DNA from: Tubulanus polymorphus
Taxonomy: Eukaryota > Animalia > Nemertea
NCBI RefSeq assembly: GCF_964204645.1
Contig: NC_134027.1
Span: forward strand, 13,796,485 to 13,860,484
Direction of reading: 5' to 3'
DNA: 64,000 nucleotides
Part shown: positions 51,385-64,000 of the stretch, in pieces
Layout of the letters: each line of letters begins with the position of its first letter
Position numbering within the stretch: the stretch's first letter is position 1
Made by a program: the position numbers and the translations under genes
Notes under the pieces: model-generated
What the model saw: only the letters and a program-made list of their open reading frames with translations
The model's database searches: none
Told to the model about the DNA's origin: nothing

Positions 51385-53711
51385 TTTTGATTTTGTCGCC
51401 CGCGACAATTCATTATTTTGGTTTTATCGCCCACGACAATTCATTACTTTAGTTTTATCGCCAGCGACAATACATTATTTTGGCTTTGTCGCCCGCGACA
51501 ATTCATTATTTTGGTTTTATATTTTGTTTTTGTCGCCCGCGAAATTTTTCTTTTTTGGTTTTGTCGCCCGCGACAATTCAATATTTTGATTTTATCGCCC
51601 GCGACAATTCAATATTTTGGTTTTATCGCCAGTGATAATTCATTATTTTGGTTTTGTCTCCCGCGACAATTCATTATTTTGGTTTTGTCGCCCGCGACAA
51701 TTCACCATTTTTGTTTTATCGCCCGCGACAATTCATTATTTTGGTTTTATCGCCCGCGACAATTCATTATTTTGGTTTTGTCACCCCGACAATTCTTTTT
51801 TTGGTTTTGTCGCCCGCGACAATTCAATATTTTGGTTTTATCACCCGCGACAATTCAATATTTTGGTTTTATCGCCCGCAATAATTCATTATTTTGGTTT
51901 TACAGCCCGCGACAATTCATTATTTTTGTTTCGTCGCCCGAGACAATTCATTATTTTAGTTTTATCGCCCGCGACAATTCATTATTTTGGTTTTATCGCC
52001 CGCGACAATTCAATATTTTGGTTTTGTCGCCCGCGACGATTCACCATTTTGATTTTGTCGCCCGGGACAATTCATTATTTTGGTTTTGTCGCCCTGACGA
52101 TTCTTTTTTTGGTTTTGTCGCCCGCGACAATTCAATATTTTGGTTTTATCACCCGCGACAATTCATTACTTTGGTTTTATCTCCAGCGACAATTCATTAT
52201 TTTGGTTTTGTCTCCCGCGACAATTCTTGTTTTTGGTTTTGACGCCCGCGACAATTCATTATTTTGGTTTTATCGCCCGCGGCAAATCAATATTTTGGTT
52301 TTATCGCCCGCGATAATTCATTATTTAGGTTTTATCGCCCGCGACAATTCAATATTTTGATTTTATCGCCCGCGACAATTCAATATTTTGATTTTATCGC
52401 CCCCGACAATTCAATATTTTGATTTTATCGCCCGCGACAATTCAATATTTTGGTTTTATCGCCCGTGATAATTCATTATTTTGGTTTTGTCTCCCGCGAC
52501 AATTCATTATTTTGGTTTTTTCACCCGCGACAATTCACCATTTTTGTTTTGTCGCCCGCGACAACTCACCATTTTGGTTTTGTCGCCCGCGACAATTCAT
52601 TATTTTGGTTTTATCGCCCGCGACAATTCATTATTTTGGTTTTATCGCCCGCGACAATTCATTATTTTGGTTTTGTCACCCCGACAATTCTTTTTTTGGT
52701 TTTGTCGCCCGCGACAATTCAATATTTTGGTTTTGTCGCCCGCGACAATTCAATATTTTGGTTTTGTCGCCCGCGACAATTCATTATTTTGGTTTTATCA
52801 CCCGCGACAATTCAATATTTTGGTTTTATCGCCCGCGATAATTCATTATTTTGGTTTTACAGCCCGCGACAATTCATTATTTTTGTTTTGTCGCCTGAGA
52901 CAATTCATTATTTTAGTTTTATCGCCCGCGACAATTCATTATTTTGGTTTTATCGCCCGCGACAATTCAATATTTTGGTTTTGTCGGCCGCGACAATTCA
53001 CCATTTTGATTTTGTCGCCTGAACAATTCACCATTTTGGTTTTGTCGCCCGCGACAATTCATTATTTTGGTTTTGTCGCCCCGACAATTCTTTTTTTGGT
53101 TTTGTTGCCCGCGACAATTCATTAGTTTGGTTTTGTCGCCCGCGACAATTCAATATTTTGGTTTTATCACCCACGACAATTCATTACTTTGGTTTTATCA
53201 CCAGCGACAATTCATTATTTTGGTTTTGTCTCCCGCGACAATTCTTGTTTTTGGTTTTGACGCCCGCGACAATTCATTATTTTGGTTTTATCGCCCGCGG
53301 CAAATCAATATTTTGGTTTTATCGCCCGCGATAATTCATTATTTAGGTTTTATCGCCCGCGACAATTCAATATTTTGTTTTTGTCGTCTGCGACAATTCA
53401 TTATTTTGGTTTTGTCGCCCGAGACAATTCATTATTTTGGTTTTATCACCCGCGACAATTCATTATTTTGGTTTGTCGCCCGCGACAATTCATTATTTTC
53501 GTTCTATCGCCCGAGACAATTCATTATTTTGGTTTTATCGCCCGCGACAATTCAATATTTTTGTTTTATCGCCCGCGACAATTCATTAGTTTGGTTTTAT
53601 CGCCCGCAACAATTCATTAGTTTGGTTTTGTCGCCCGCGACAATTCAATATTTTGGTTTTATCACCCGCGGCAATTCATTAGTTTGGTTTTGTCGCCCGC
53701 GACAATTCTTT
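51385..53711 (+). repeat. 31-bp satellite array
   Basis: Same monomer; resumes at 55390 after the HINE-B insertion. Confidence 0.97.
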
Positions 53712-54852
53712 TTCAGTCCACTTGGGACTTTAGTCCCAGCGGGCTATTGTGTTCACTTTTCGTCCGTCCGTCCGTCCATAGACGGAATCCAATTATTTTG
53801 GGAAGTTTTGAAGACGCTTCAAGGTAATGTCTTGATATTTGCTTTATACATGTATCTAGCCTAGACACATCGTCAGCTCAAAAACTGGCCCTGTCAGATT
53901 CAAGATGGCCGACTGGCAGCCATTGTTGTTTGCCAAAATCAGCACTTTTTAAACATTTTCGAAGGTTTCATGGGGATATTTTGAAGACGCTTTGATCAAT
54001 TACCTTGATCTTTCGTTTATATTTGAATCTACCAAAGGCCCATCAGCATAAGAAAATTGGGTCGATCTGACTCAAGATGGCCGTCCTATGATCTTTTTAG
54101 TGCCCAAAAATGTCAATTTTGGCCAGAATTCTAGGTCCTGTAGCTTCCTACTGGTTTGCCATTTCTCATTGCAACTGCTGATGGGTATTCTTTAGAGAGG
54201 GATGTTTTATACCTGGGACTGGTATTTTTGATCAGCCAATTATGACGCAATTGGCGGCCATTTTGGTGTCATCAGTACTCATTCGTAGGTGGGAAAAAGT
54301 TTTTCCACATTAAATTGATACCTGATATTGTGTTACTATATTCAATTGGAAAGTTGTAGCCCATAACGTGTTCTATGATTTTGGTGAGTTTCAAGGTCAT
54401 TGGTTTTAGTATGTGGCCATCAGGGGGCGTTGAATAATACAATAACTTAGTATTGCTATATTATATTTGTACCAAGGCATATTTTGTTACCATGATCAAT
54501 TGCAAAGTTGTATTTCATGACATCGTCTATGATTGTGGTGAGTTTTTAAGGACATTAGTTATTCCATATAGTCACCAGGGGGCGTTGAATAGTAGAAAAG
54601 CTTAGTTTTTCCTTATTAGATTGGTACCTAGGCATAGTTTGTTACCATGATCCATTGCAAAGTTGTAGATCATGACATCGTCTATGATTGTGGTGAGTTT
54701 TTAAGGACATTAGTTATTCCATATAGTCACCAGGGGGCGTTGAATAGTAGAATGGCTTAGTATTTCCTTATTAGATTGGTACCTAGGCATATTTTGTTAC
54801 TATGATCAATTGCAAAGTTGTATTTCATGACATGTACTACGATTGTGGTGAG

Positions 54853-55105
54853 ATAAATGAAGAAATCCCACACTTCGAATTTGAAATTATACTATCAAAT
54901 TTATTATTACGAAACCACAACGTTTCGGCTGTCGACTAACAGCCATCATCATCATCATTCCACCTGATGATGGCTGTTAGTCAACAGCCGAAACGTTGTG
55001 GTTTCGTAATAATAAATTTGATAGTATAATTTCAAATTCGAAGTGTGGGATTTCTTCATTTATCTACAGTTTACACGGATTATAGTGTTTATTCGACAAC
55101 TAACT
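54853..55105. mobile_element. Penelope-like element remnant (inverted pseudo-LTR ends)
   Basis: ~100-bp near-perfect inverted arms (54851-54951 and 54965-55065); hammerhead motif; 12-bp duplication GATTGTGGTGAG (54841-54852 and 55106-55117). Confidence 0.8.
54960..55001 (+). ncRNA. Minimal type I hammerhead ribozyme
   Basis: CCAC-CUGAUGA-U-GGCUGUU(AGUC)AACAGCC-GAAACGUU-GUGG: stem I, conserved core, stem II and palindromic AACGUU in place of stem III. Confidence 0.82.
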
Positions 55106-55389
55106 GATTGTGGTGAGTTTTAAGGTCATTGGGTTTTGCATATGGTCAACAGGGGCGTTGAATATTAGAATAACTTAGTATTTCCATATTAAATTGGTAA
55201 CGAGGCATATTTTGTTATCACAATCAATTACAAAATCATAGCTGCTCACATGTTCTAGGATTGTGGTGGGTTTCAAGGTCATTGGTTTTTGTATCTGGTC
55301 ACTAGAGGGCGTTATGTATTGAAATTGTTAGATTGTTGAGCATTCGAAACCACTTCACAAGTGAGCATGGTGTCCCTGGACCCCTAGTT

Positions 55390-55690
55390 TGGTTTTGTCT
55401 CCCGCGACAATTCATTATTCTGGTTTTGTCGCACGCAACAATTCAATATTTTGTTTTTGTCGTCCGCGACAATTCATTATTTTGGTTTTATCGCCGCGAC
55501 AATTCAATATTTTGGTTTTAACGCCCGCGACAATTCATTATTGTTGTTTTATCGCCCGCGACAATTCATTATTTTGGTTTTATCGCCCGCAACAATTCAT
55601 TATTTTTGTTTTGTCGCCCGTGACATTTCAATATTTTGGTTTTGTCACCCGCGAAAATTCATAATTTTGGTTTTGTCCCCCGTGGTTTTG
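55390..55690 (+). repeat. 31-bp satellite array (continuation)
   Basis: Same monomer, leading into the HINE-A tail. Confidence 0.95.
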
Positions 55691-57114
55691 TCGGAACATT
55701 AATTTTTTTGGTCGAACAGTGTGTTAAGGTCGTTTTGGAAATTTACTCGGTCTGGATTACTGTGTATGTCATTTGTCAGGACATTAAACAGAAGACGACT
55801 TAGGATACTACCTTGCGTGACTCCACTAGTTAGACCGTCTCATTCCAAGATGAGGCGTTCCGTTGATTTCGGTTACAAGTTTCCGTTCAGAGATAACTGC
55901 TGAGCCATTTTAACGACCTATCATTGATACTGTTTCCTAATAGCCTTTTTAGTAATGGCTGATGTTGAGCCTTATCAAATTCTTTGTTGAAATCCTCCGT
56001 TGAACAGGATTCTAAGACTGTGCAGAAAACCCGTTATCGCTGCTTTGCAGCTATATTTATTATTATTATTATTATTTTTTTCCACACATTTTTTGTCAAC
56101 AGTACAAAGGCTTTTTTACATTACCGCTGTTGCCGATACAATCCGTTTGATATCATCCAGCTCACTTCGATCTACAAATACTCCGTGCAAATTTTGAAGA
56201 ATCAACGTTACAAAAGCACTGTCGGGCCGTAAACATCGAAAATTGAGCCCCATTCAAAGAGCCGACATGTTTTTCTAAGTCGTCTTTCCGAAATCTACCG
56301 CACGTTTCTTGTCACATCGATTATCAATTCAAGCATAAATTAACAAATTTATTACCCAAAGATTGCACATTCTGTCGCGGTTTTTAAAAACTAATTTTAA
56401 CAGTAACCCATTTTCCTCATCAAATTATAATACCAATACACAGGAAATTTACTACTTTAGATTTTAAAAGCACTGTCGAGCCGTAAACATCGACAAATCG
56501 ACGTGTGTCACTACATCGTCGTTCCGGGAATCAGCTGCGAGTTTCTCCTCATTCTGAGAATCAAATCGAGTACAAATTAATTTATTACTACCAGTGATTT
56601 GGCTGCGGGCGTCAAGCAGTTAATTTAGCAATACCTATTTTTCTTTACCAAATTTACCGTGTTTTTACTAAGATAAATCATAAGTGTACCGGGGAGTCGT
56701 AGGCCTAAACTAAACACGCCGAAGAGATATAGCGGAGAAAAGCTGTTATGTCGACGAGGTATCAAAATAAAAGAATATATTACTTTATTCGGCCGCGGGC
56801 CTCTATATCAATACCATCAATACTCTATATTTCCTACAGTACATACCGATCATTGTCAAATGCACAAGGTATTTACTAAATACAAGTATATAACACACTC
56901 CTATCCGTATGCTGGACTCACACTTGACATTCGGAGTAAGCGTTCGCTGTGGGGGAAAGGAGATCGTTCGCTGTGTCGCTTGAAGTGTTTATCGAGTTTT
57001 ACGCGACCTTAAAGCATTTGTATGGTGGCTGATAAGATTAAAAAACACGAATATGCAAATGAGGGCGACATTACGACAAAACGACAAAACTAAAATAACG
57101 CGAGAAAACAATGA

Positions 57115-60100
57115 TTTTGATTTTGTCGCGCGCGACAATTCATTATTTTGGTTTTATCGCCCACGACAATTCATTACTTTGGTTTTATCGCCAGCGACAA
57201 TGCATTATTTTGGTTTTGTCGCCCTCGACAATTCTTCTTTTGGGTTTTGTCGCCCGCGACAATTCATTATTTTGGTTTTATATTTTGTTTTTGTCGCCCG
57301 CGACAATTTTCTTTTTATCGCCCACGACAATTCATTACTTTGGTTTTATCGCCAGCGACAATGCATTATTTTGGTTTTGTTGCCCGCGACAATTCATTAT
57401 TTTGGTTTTATCGCCCGCGATAATTCATTATTTTGGTTTTGTCGTCTGAGAAAATTCATTATTTTGGTTTTATCGCCCGCGACAATTCATTATTACGGTT
57501 TTGTCGCCCGCGACAATTCACCATTTTGGTTTTGTCGCCCGCGACAATTCACCATTTTGGTTTTGTCGCCCGCGACAATTCATTATTTTGGTTTTATCGC
57601 CCGCGACAATTCATTATTACGATTTTATCTCCCGCGACAATTCATTATTTTGGTTTTGTCGCCCGCGACAATTCACCATTTTGGTTTTGTCGCCCGCGAC
57701 AATTCATTATTTTGGTTTTATCACTCGCGACAATTCATTATTTTGGTTTTATCACCCGCGACAATTCATTATTTTGGTTTTGTCGCCCGCGACAATTCAT
57801 TATTTTGGTTTTGTCGCCCGCGAAAATTCACCATTTTGGTTTTGTCGCCCGCGACAATTCATTATTTTGGTTTTATCGCCCGCGACAATTCATTATTACG
57901 GTTTTATCGCCCGCGACAATTCATTATTTTGGTTTTGTCGCCCGCGACAATTCACCATTTTGGTTTTGTCGCCCGCGACAATTCATTATTTTGGTTTTAT
58001 CACTCGCGACAATTCATTATTTTGGTTTTATCGCCCGCGACAATTCTTTTTTTGTCATTAGTTTGGTTTTGTCGCCCGCGACAATTCAATAATTTGGTTT
58101 TGTCGCCCGCGACAATTCATTATTTTGGTTTTATCGCCCGCGACAATTCATTATTTTGGTTTTGTCGCCCGCGACAATTCATTATTTTGGTTTTGTCGCC
58201 CGCGACAATTCACCATTTTGGTTTTGTCGCCCGCGACAATTCATTATTTTGGTTTTATCGCTCGCGACAATTCATTATTTTGGTTTTATCGCCCCGAAAA
58301 TTCTTTTTTTGGTTTTGTCGCCCGCGAAAATTCATTAGTTTGGTTTTATCGCCCGCGATAATTCATTATTTTGGTTTTGTCGCCCGAGACAATTCATTAT
58401 TTTAGTTTTATCGCCCGCGACAATTCATTATTTTGGTTTTATCGCCCGCGACAATTCATTATTTTGGTTTTGTCGCCCGCGAAAATTCAATATTTTGTTT
58501 TTGTCGCCCGCTACAATTTTCTTTTTTGGTTTTGTCGCCCGCGACAATTCAATACTTTGGTTTTATCGCCTGTGACAATTCAATATTTTGGTTTTATCAC
58601 CCGCGATAATTCATTATTTTGGTTATATCGCCCGCTAAAATTCATTATTACGGTTTTGTCGCCCGCCACAATTCTTTTTTTGGTTTTGTCGCCCGCGACA
58701 ATTCAAAATTTTGGTTTTGTCGCCCACGACAATTCAATATTTTGGTTTTATCGCCCGCGACAATTCATTATTTTGGTTTTATCGCCCGCGACAATTCAAT
58801 ATTTTGGTTTTATCGCCCACGATAATTCATTATTTTGGTTTTATCGCCCGTGACAATTCATTATTTTGGTTTTATCGCCCGCGATAATTCATTATTTTGG
58901 TTTTGTCGCCTGAGACAATTCATTATTTTAGTTTTATCGCCCGCGACAATTCATTATTTTGGTTTTGTCGCCCGCGAAAATTCAATATTTTGTTTTTGTC
59001 GCCCGCTACAATTTTCTTTTTTGGTTTTGTCGCCCGCGACAATTCAATACTTTGGTTTTATCGCCTGTGACAATTCAATATTTTGGTTTTATCACCCGCG
59101 ATAATTCATTATTTTGGTTATATCGCCCGCTAAAATTCATTATTACGGTTTTGTCGCCCGCCACAATTCTTTTTTTGGTTTTGTCGCCCGCGACAATTCA
59201 ATATTTTGGTTTTGTCGCCCACGACAATTCAATATTTTGGTTTTATCGCCCGCGACAATTCATTATTTTGGTTTTATCGCCCGCGACAATTCAATATTTT
59301 GGTTTTATCGCCCACGATAATTCATTATTTTGGTTTTATCGCCCGCGACAATTCATTATTTTGGTTTTGTCACCCGCGACAATTCTTCTTTTTGGTTTTG
59401 TCGCCCGCGACAATTCATTATTTTGGTTTTATATTTTGTATTTGTCGCCCGCGACAATTTTCTTTTTTGGTTTTATCGCCGGCGACAATTCAATATTTTG
59501 CTTTTATCGCCCTCGATAATTCATTATTTTGGTTTTGTCGCCTGAGACAATTCATTATTTTGATTTTATCGCCCGCTAAAATTCATTATTACGGTTTTAT
59601 CGCCCGTGACAATTCATGAGTTTGGTTTTGTCGCCCGCGACAATTCAATATTTTGGTTTTATCGCCTGCGACAATTCAATATTTTGGTTTTATCGCCAGC
59701 GATAATTCATTATTTTGGTTTTATCGCCCGCTGAAATTCATTATTACGGTTTTATCGCCCGCGACAATTCATTATTTTGGTTTTATCGCCCGCGACAATT
59801 CAATATTTTGGTTTTATCGCCCGTGATAATTCATTATTTTGGTTTTGTCGCCCGCGACGATTCATTATTTTGGTTTTATCGCCCGCGACAATTCAATATT
59901 TTGGTTTTATCGCCCGTGATAATTCATTATTTTGGTTTTATCTCAGCGACAATTCATTATTTTGGTTTTATCGCCCGAGACAATTCATTATTTTGGTTTT
60001 ATCGCCCGCTAAAATTCATTATTACTTTTTTATTGCCCGCGACAATTCATTATTTTGGTTTTGTCGCCTGAGACAATTCATTATTTTGATTTTATCGCCC

Positions 60101-60760
60101 GCTTAAATTCATTATTACGGTTTTATCGCCTGCGACAATTCTTTTTTTGGTTTTGTCGCCCGGGACAATTCTTTTTTTGGTTTTGTCGCCCGCGACAATT
60201 CATTATTTTGGTTTTGTCGCCCGCGACAATTCTTCTTTTTGGTTTTGTCGCCCACGACAATTCATTATTTTGGTTTTATATTTTGTTTTTGTTGCCCGCG
60301 ACAAATATTTTGGTTTTATCGCCTGCGACAATTCAATATTTTGGTTTTATCACCCGCGATAATTTATTATTTTGGTTTTGTCGCCTGAGACAATTCATTA
60401 TTTTAGTTTTATCGCCCGCTAAAATTCATTATTACGGTTTTATCGCCTGCGACAATTCATTATTTTGGTTTTGTCGCCCGCTACAATTCTTTTTTTGGTT
60501 TTGTCGCCCGCGACAATTCAATATTTCGGTTTTGTCGCCCGCGACAATTCATTATTTTGGTTTTATCGCCCGCGACAATTCAATATTTTGGTTTTATCGC
60601 CCACGATAATTCATTATTTTGGTTTTGTCGCCTGAGACAATTCATTATTTTGGTTTTGTCGCCCGCGACAATTCATTATTTTGGTTTTGTCGCCCGTGAC
60701 AATTCAATATTTTGGTTTTGTCACCCGCGACAATTCATTATTTGGTTTTGTCCCCGTGGT
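57115..60760 (+). repeat. 31-bp satellite array with higher-order duplications
   Basis: About 115 units; a variant block recurs at 58619 and 59114 (495 bp apart). Confidence 0.97.
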
Positions 60761-61141
60761 TTTGTCGGAACATTAAGTTTTTTGGTCGAACAGTGTGTTA
60801 AGGTCGTTTTGGAAATTTACTCGGTCTGGTATATTTTGGATTACTGTGTATGTCATTTGTCAGGACATTAAACAGAAGACGACTTAGGATACTACCTTGC
60901 GTGACTCCACTAGTTAGACCGTCTCATTCCAAGATGAGGCGTTCCGTTGATTTCGGTTACAAGTTTCCGTTCAGAGATAACTGCTGAGCCGTTTGGGCGA
61001 CCTATCATTGATACTGTTTCCTAATAGCCTCTTTAGTAATGGCTGATGTTGAGCCTTATCAAATGCTTTGTTGAAATCCACCGTTGAACAGGATTCTAAG
61101 ACTGTGCAGAAAACCCGTTATCGCTGCTTTGTAGCTATATT

Positions 61142-62930
61142 TATTTTCTGATATTCACTTAAATAACTATTATCTACGGTTATATGTTCTGGGCAATATG
61201 GTAAATTTCTAGATTTAAATTTTATTCCATCGGGATATTCTAAATCAACTACAAAGAAATAACCAATTGGAGCATCATCTTTAAAACCCATAATTGCACT
61301 TTCCCAATCGGTTTTATCATCATCTCTTACTTCTGATAATATAAAATTGTTGAACGGTTGATATTGCATCATTGCCCAACCATGCCCAACCATAAATCAT
61401 TTGCGTCAATATATAATATTTATATTCATCATTTGCTTTAAAATGTTTATCTCCCATAACTCCACTTATTCCAACTCTAATTGATTTTTCAAACAATAAA
61501 ACCATATCTGGTTCTTTTCATAAATCTAATTATACATTTGTATATTTCAAACCACATTGCCAGGTTAAACCAGGACTTGAATAACAGTAACAAGGATCAA
61601 CATTAAAATTATTTAAATTAACTTCTCTAAATCTTTCAAATATATCAGCCAATATCATAACATCTGATTTTAAGTATAAATCTACTAATTCACCATGATT
61701 TTTTATCTTGAAATTATTCCAAATATTTAATGTTTTGTTAAAAACTCCATCTTTCACGGACTAATTTTTTAATCGATCGTAAAATTGTTCTTTTAATAAT
61801 TCTGTTACATTAAAATCATCATGTGTTTTATGAAATGAATAAGGAATTGCACCTTCATATCTCAATAATTCAAAATCTTGTTCATTTGGATAATAATGTC
61901 GCGTTATTATCGAATCATTATCAACTAAACTTTTTGTTAAATCATCTAATGAACTTGCTAAAAATCTATAAGAATCTAAAAATCTCAAACAACCAAATTG
62001 AAATGAAATGTAATTTTCAGATGTTTTAGCTAATAGTTTGAAATAATATTTTCTTACATTTGCGTCATTTATAGCATTATATTCTTCTATTTCTTGATTA
62101 ATTACGCCTAATTTTCCTGATAATAGTTTAATAAATAGGTGAGAATATCCTGATAAATCCTGAAATAATATTGGTACGAAATTAACTTTTTTAGCCTGTA
62201 AATTACAATCTTCATGAACAGATCTACGATATTTTGAATTTAAATGATCATGATCTTTAACTTTTTTATCAAATGAATAAAAACGCTTTTCACAATAACA
62301 ATGAGTTGCATAATCGAAATCGATTTTATCTTCTTTTGTCATAACTATTCTTTTATTTTTGTTTAATAATTGTGCAAAATCATTTTCTAATTCTATAATT
62401 TTATTACAAAATTCATTTACTACATCTTCACCTATAAAAGAAATATATTGACTCTCATATAATTCGATTTTATATAAATTCCGTATGCAGCAGCTCTTTG
62501 ATGAACTTTTTTAATTGTATTTATAATTGGTGGATCTTGAATTGTATCTTCATTTAGTTCATTTCCTTTATCAATAGATTTTAAAAATTGCTTTTTAATG
62601 TATATTTCTTTTCTATCTTGATGAGTTAATTCTTTATTTAATGATTGAAAATCCCCATAAATTACAAATGGAACTATATTTGTAATGGAACTATATTTTC
62701 AAATTTATAATTAGTAAATTTCAATTTATAATCTTTTTCTGTTGGCATTATCAATTTACAAAATCTGTATTATCGCATAATTCTTTTAATAATCTCTGTC
62801 ATAAATTTAGATAAAGATTTTCTACACAAATAAATTATTATGGTGGTCACTTTCTGTTCTAAAAAATAATTCTATTTGTTTTTACCACATAATATGTTCA
62901 TTTTCATCTTTTTTTGTAATATAATAAATG
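61142..62930 (-). pseudogene. Second Polinton pPolB remnant, upstream piece
   Basis: KDHDHLNSKYR..HEDCN, RFLDSYRF, DLYLKSDV, YSSPGLTW and YFFVVDLEYP, co-linear with ~32160-33830 of the first Polinton; many frameshifts. Confidence 0.9.
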
Positions 62931-63957
62931 AAAGGCTGAATCCAAGAACATGTCTATCGCACTGTTGAGCCCAAACGTCTACTTTTACTTAGTAGCCACT
63001 TGAGAACAATAAGCAATTAACGATATCGGCTACTTTTCCAGTAGTATACATTTCAAAACAGTCACTCTGAAATAGTATTCCTTTCAATTCGGTTGGTTTT
63101 CTATAGTGGCTGTTTCGAAGAGTCTACTATTGAAAAGTGACCATTTGAAAACATCTGGTTTTGATAGTGCACTAGAGGTGACTGTAAAACCACCCGCCTG
63201 TAAACAGTGACTTTGTGATAGTAACTCATACCATAACGGCTACTCTCAAAACATATCGTTTCTAAAAGTCAACTATTGAAAAGTGACAATTTTGAGATCG
63301 CTTGCCAGATTCCCTGTTATAAATACACTGTAGCAACATATGCTTCAGATTTGCAGTGTTACGTGACAATATAAACATACTGAGAAACTCTACTCACCTA
63401 CAGTTTGGAGTATAATTCCATTTAGAGTGACTCATTTAAGATCTGAAGATATTGTAGATACTCTTTGAGGATGTGAAATGTAATGAGCGATTCCCAACTC
63501 TAACCAATAAAAGTCGAGATTGGAGTTAAATTTATTTACAAATTGTCAATAGTTATGTAATTTTAAGATAAATCGAAATTTCCTTCTTTTTCATGGCGAT
63601 ATAATTTAATGAAGAATTTAATTTGAACAAATGCAGCTATTTTCAAGCATAGGTCTGTATTTATTTTCGATTTAAATTCTTTAATTATAAGCGCAATCAT
63701 TAATTCAGGCTAACCTCTCAGTATTGAAATGGTGGTTTATTTTCAACGGGGGCCTGGATGTCTTAGCATCTTAAATTACGATCTGTTCGAATTTCCCTGA
63801 ATTCTAATTTCGCTGCATCATTGATTTTCTTAAACAAAATATGCTATATATATCCATGTGGATTTTAAACATTCTAAAAAAATCAACTAAAACAAGCCCA
63901 TATTTGATCAAATTTAATATCAATAAGAAACTTTGTATGGTATTCAAGATTTCATTT

Positions 63958-64000
63958 GGTGAAACCGCAACGTTTCGACGGGTGACTAAAACAGCCATCA
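63958..64000 (-). ncRNA. Possible second Penelope-type hammerhead, cut by the window edge
   Basis: Minus strand TGATGGCTGTTTTAGTCACCCGTCGAAACGTTGCGGTTTC resembles 54968-55005; stem II is degenerate and the start of the core lies outside the window. Confidence 0.4.

Larger units (their letters stand above)
53712..55389 (+). mobile_element. Complete HINE-B with 155-bp central repeats, inserted in the 31-bp array
   Basis: 5' hairpin and (GTCC)n; GATTGTGGTGAG period of 155 (54531, 54686, 54841); 3' AAGTGAGC subTIR, GTCC-CT-GGAC hairpin and CTAGTT. Confidence 0.8.
38662..61141 (+). mobile_element. Nest of two HINE-A elements (heads ~38663 and 38723; tails ending 56057 and 61141)
   Basis: Two heads, two cores (38800.. 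and 56070..), two array regions and two tails; inserted at a TT in pPolB with no clear TSD. Confidence 0.82.

Noticed and set aside
51418-60871. Same ORF class on the plus strand
   Set aside because: Same artefact in the inverted arrays.
62930-63400. Possible further DNA-transposon end with repeated ACTATTGAAAAGTGAC motifs
   Set aside because: No matching terminus or TSD within the window, so it cannot be delimited.

Overview
Eukaryotic, AT-rich, almost entirely repetitive window (probably a marine invertebrate; inferred from the element families). No host gene is recognisable. The scaffold is three families of non-autonomous Helentron-type elements (HINE/DINE-1-like; labelled A, B and C here), which carry 31-bp and 155-bp tandem arrays; families A and C nest inside their own (TTA)n tracts. 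Embedded in them are: a 13.3-kb Polinton/Maverick (22200-35460; 6-bp TSD, ~430-bp TIRs with ~190-bp terminal hairpins; integrase, ATPase, penton, partial major capsid, decayed pPolB) inserted in a decayed APE-RT LINE; a second Polinton pPolB remnant split by a 22.5-kb HINE nest; an ISL2EU/PIF-Harbinger-group transposon with an intact spliced THAP-DDE transposase; Mutator-like non-autonomous elements; Kolobok and LTR-retroelement fragments; and a Penelope remnant with a minimal hammerhead ribozyme. The most striking signal is an apparent intein N-terminus in the second Polinton polymerase, starting exactly at the YFD|TDS catalytic motif, while the neighbouring Polinton has the empty site. Also notable are a spliced SGNH-esterase-like gene in the env position of the LTR element and head/tail counts that reveal HINE self-nesting. 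The many ORFs over the 31-bp arrays are artefacts. All calls were made by eye, without database searches.
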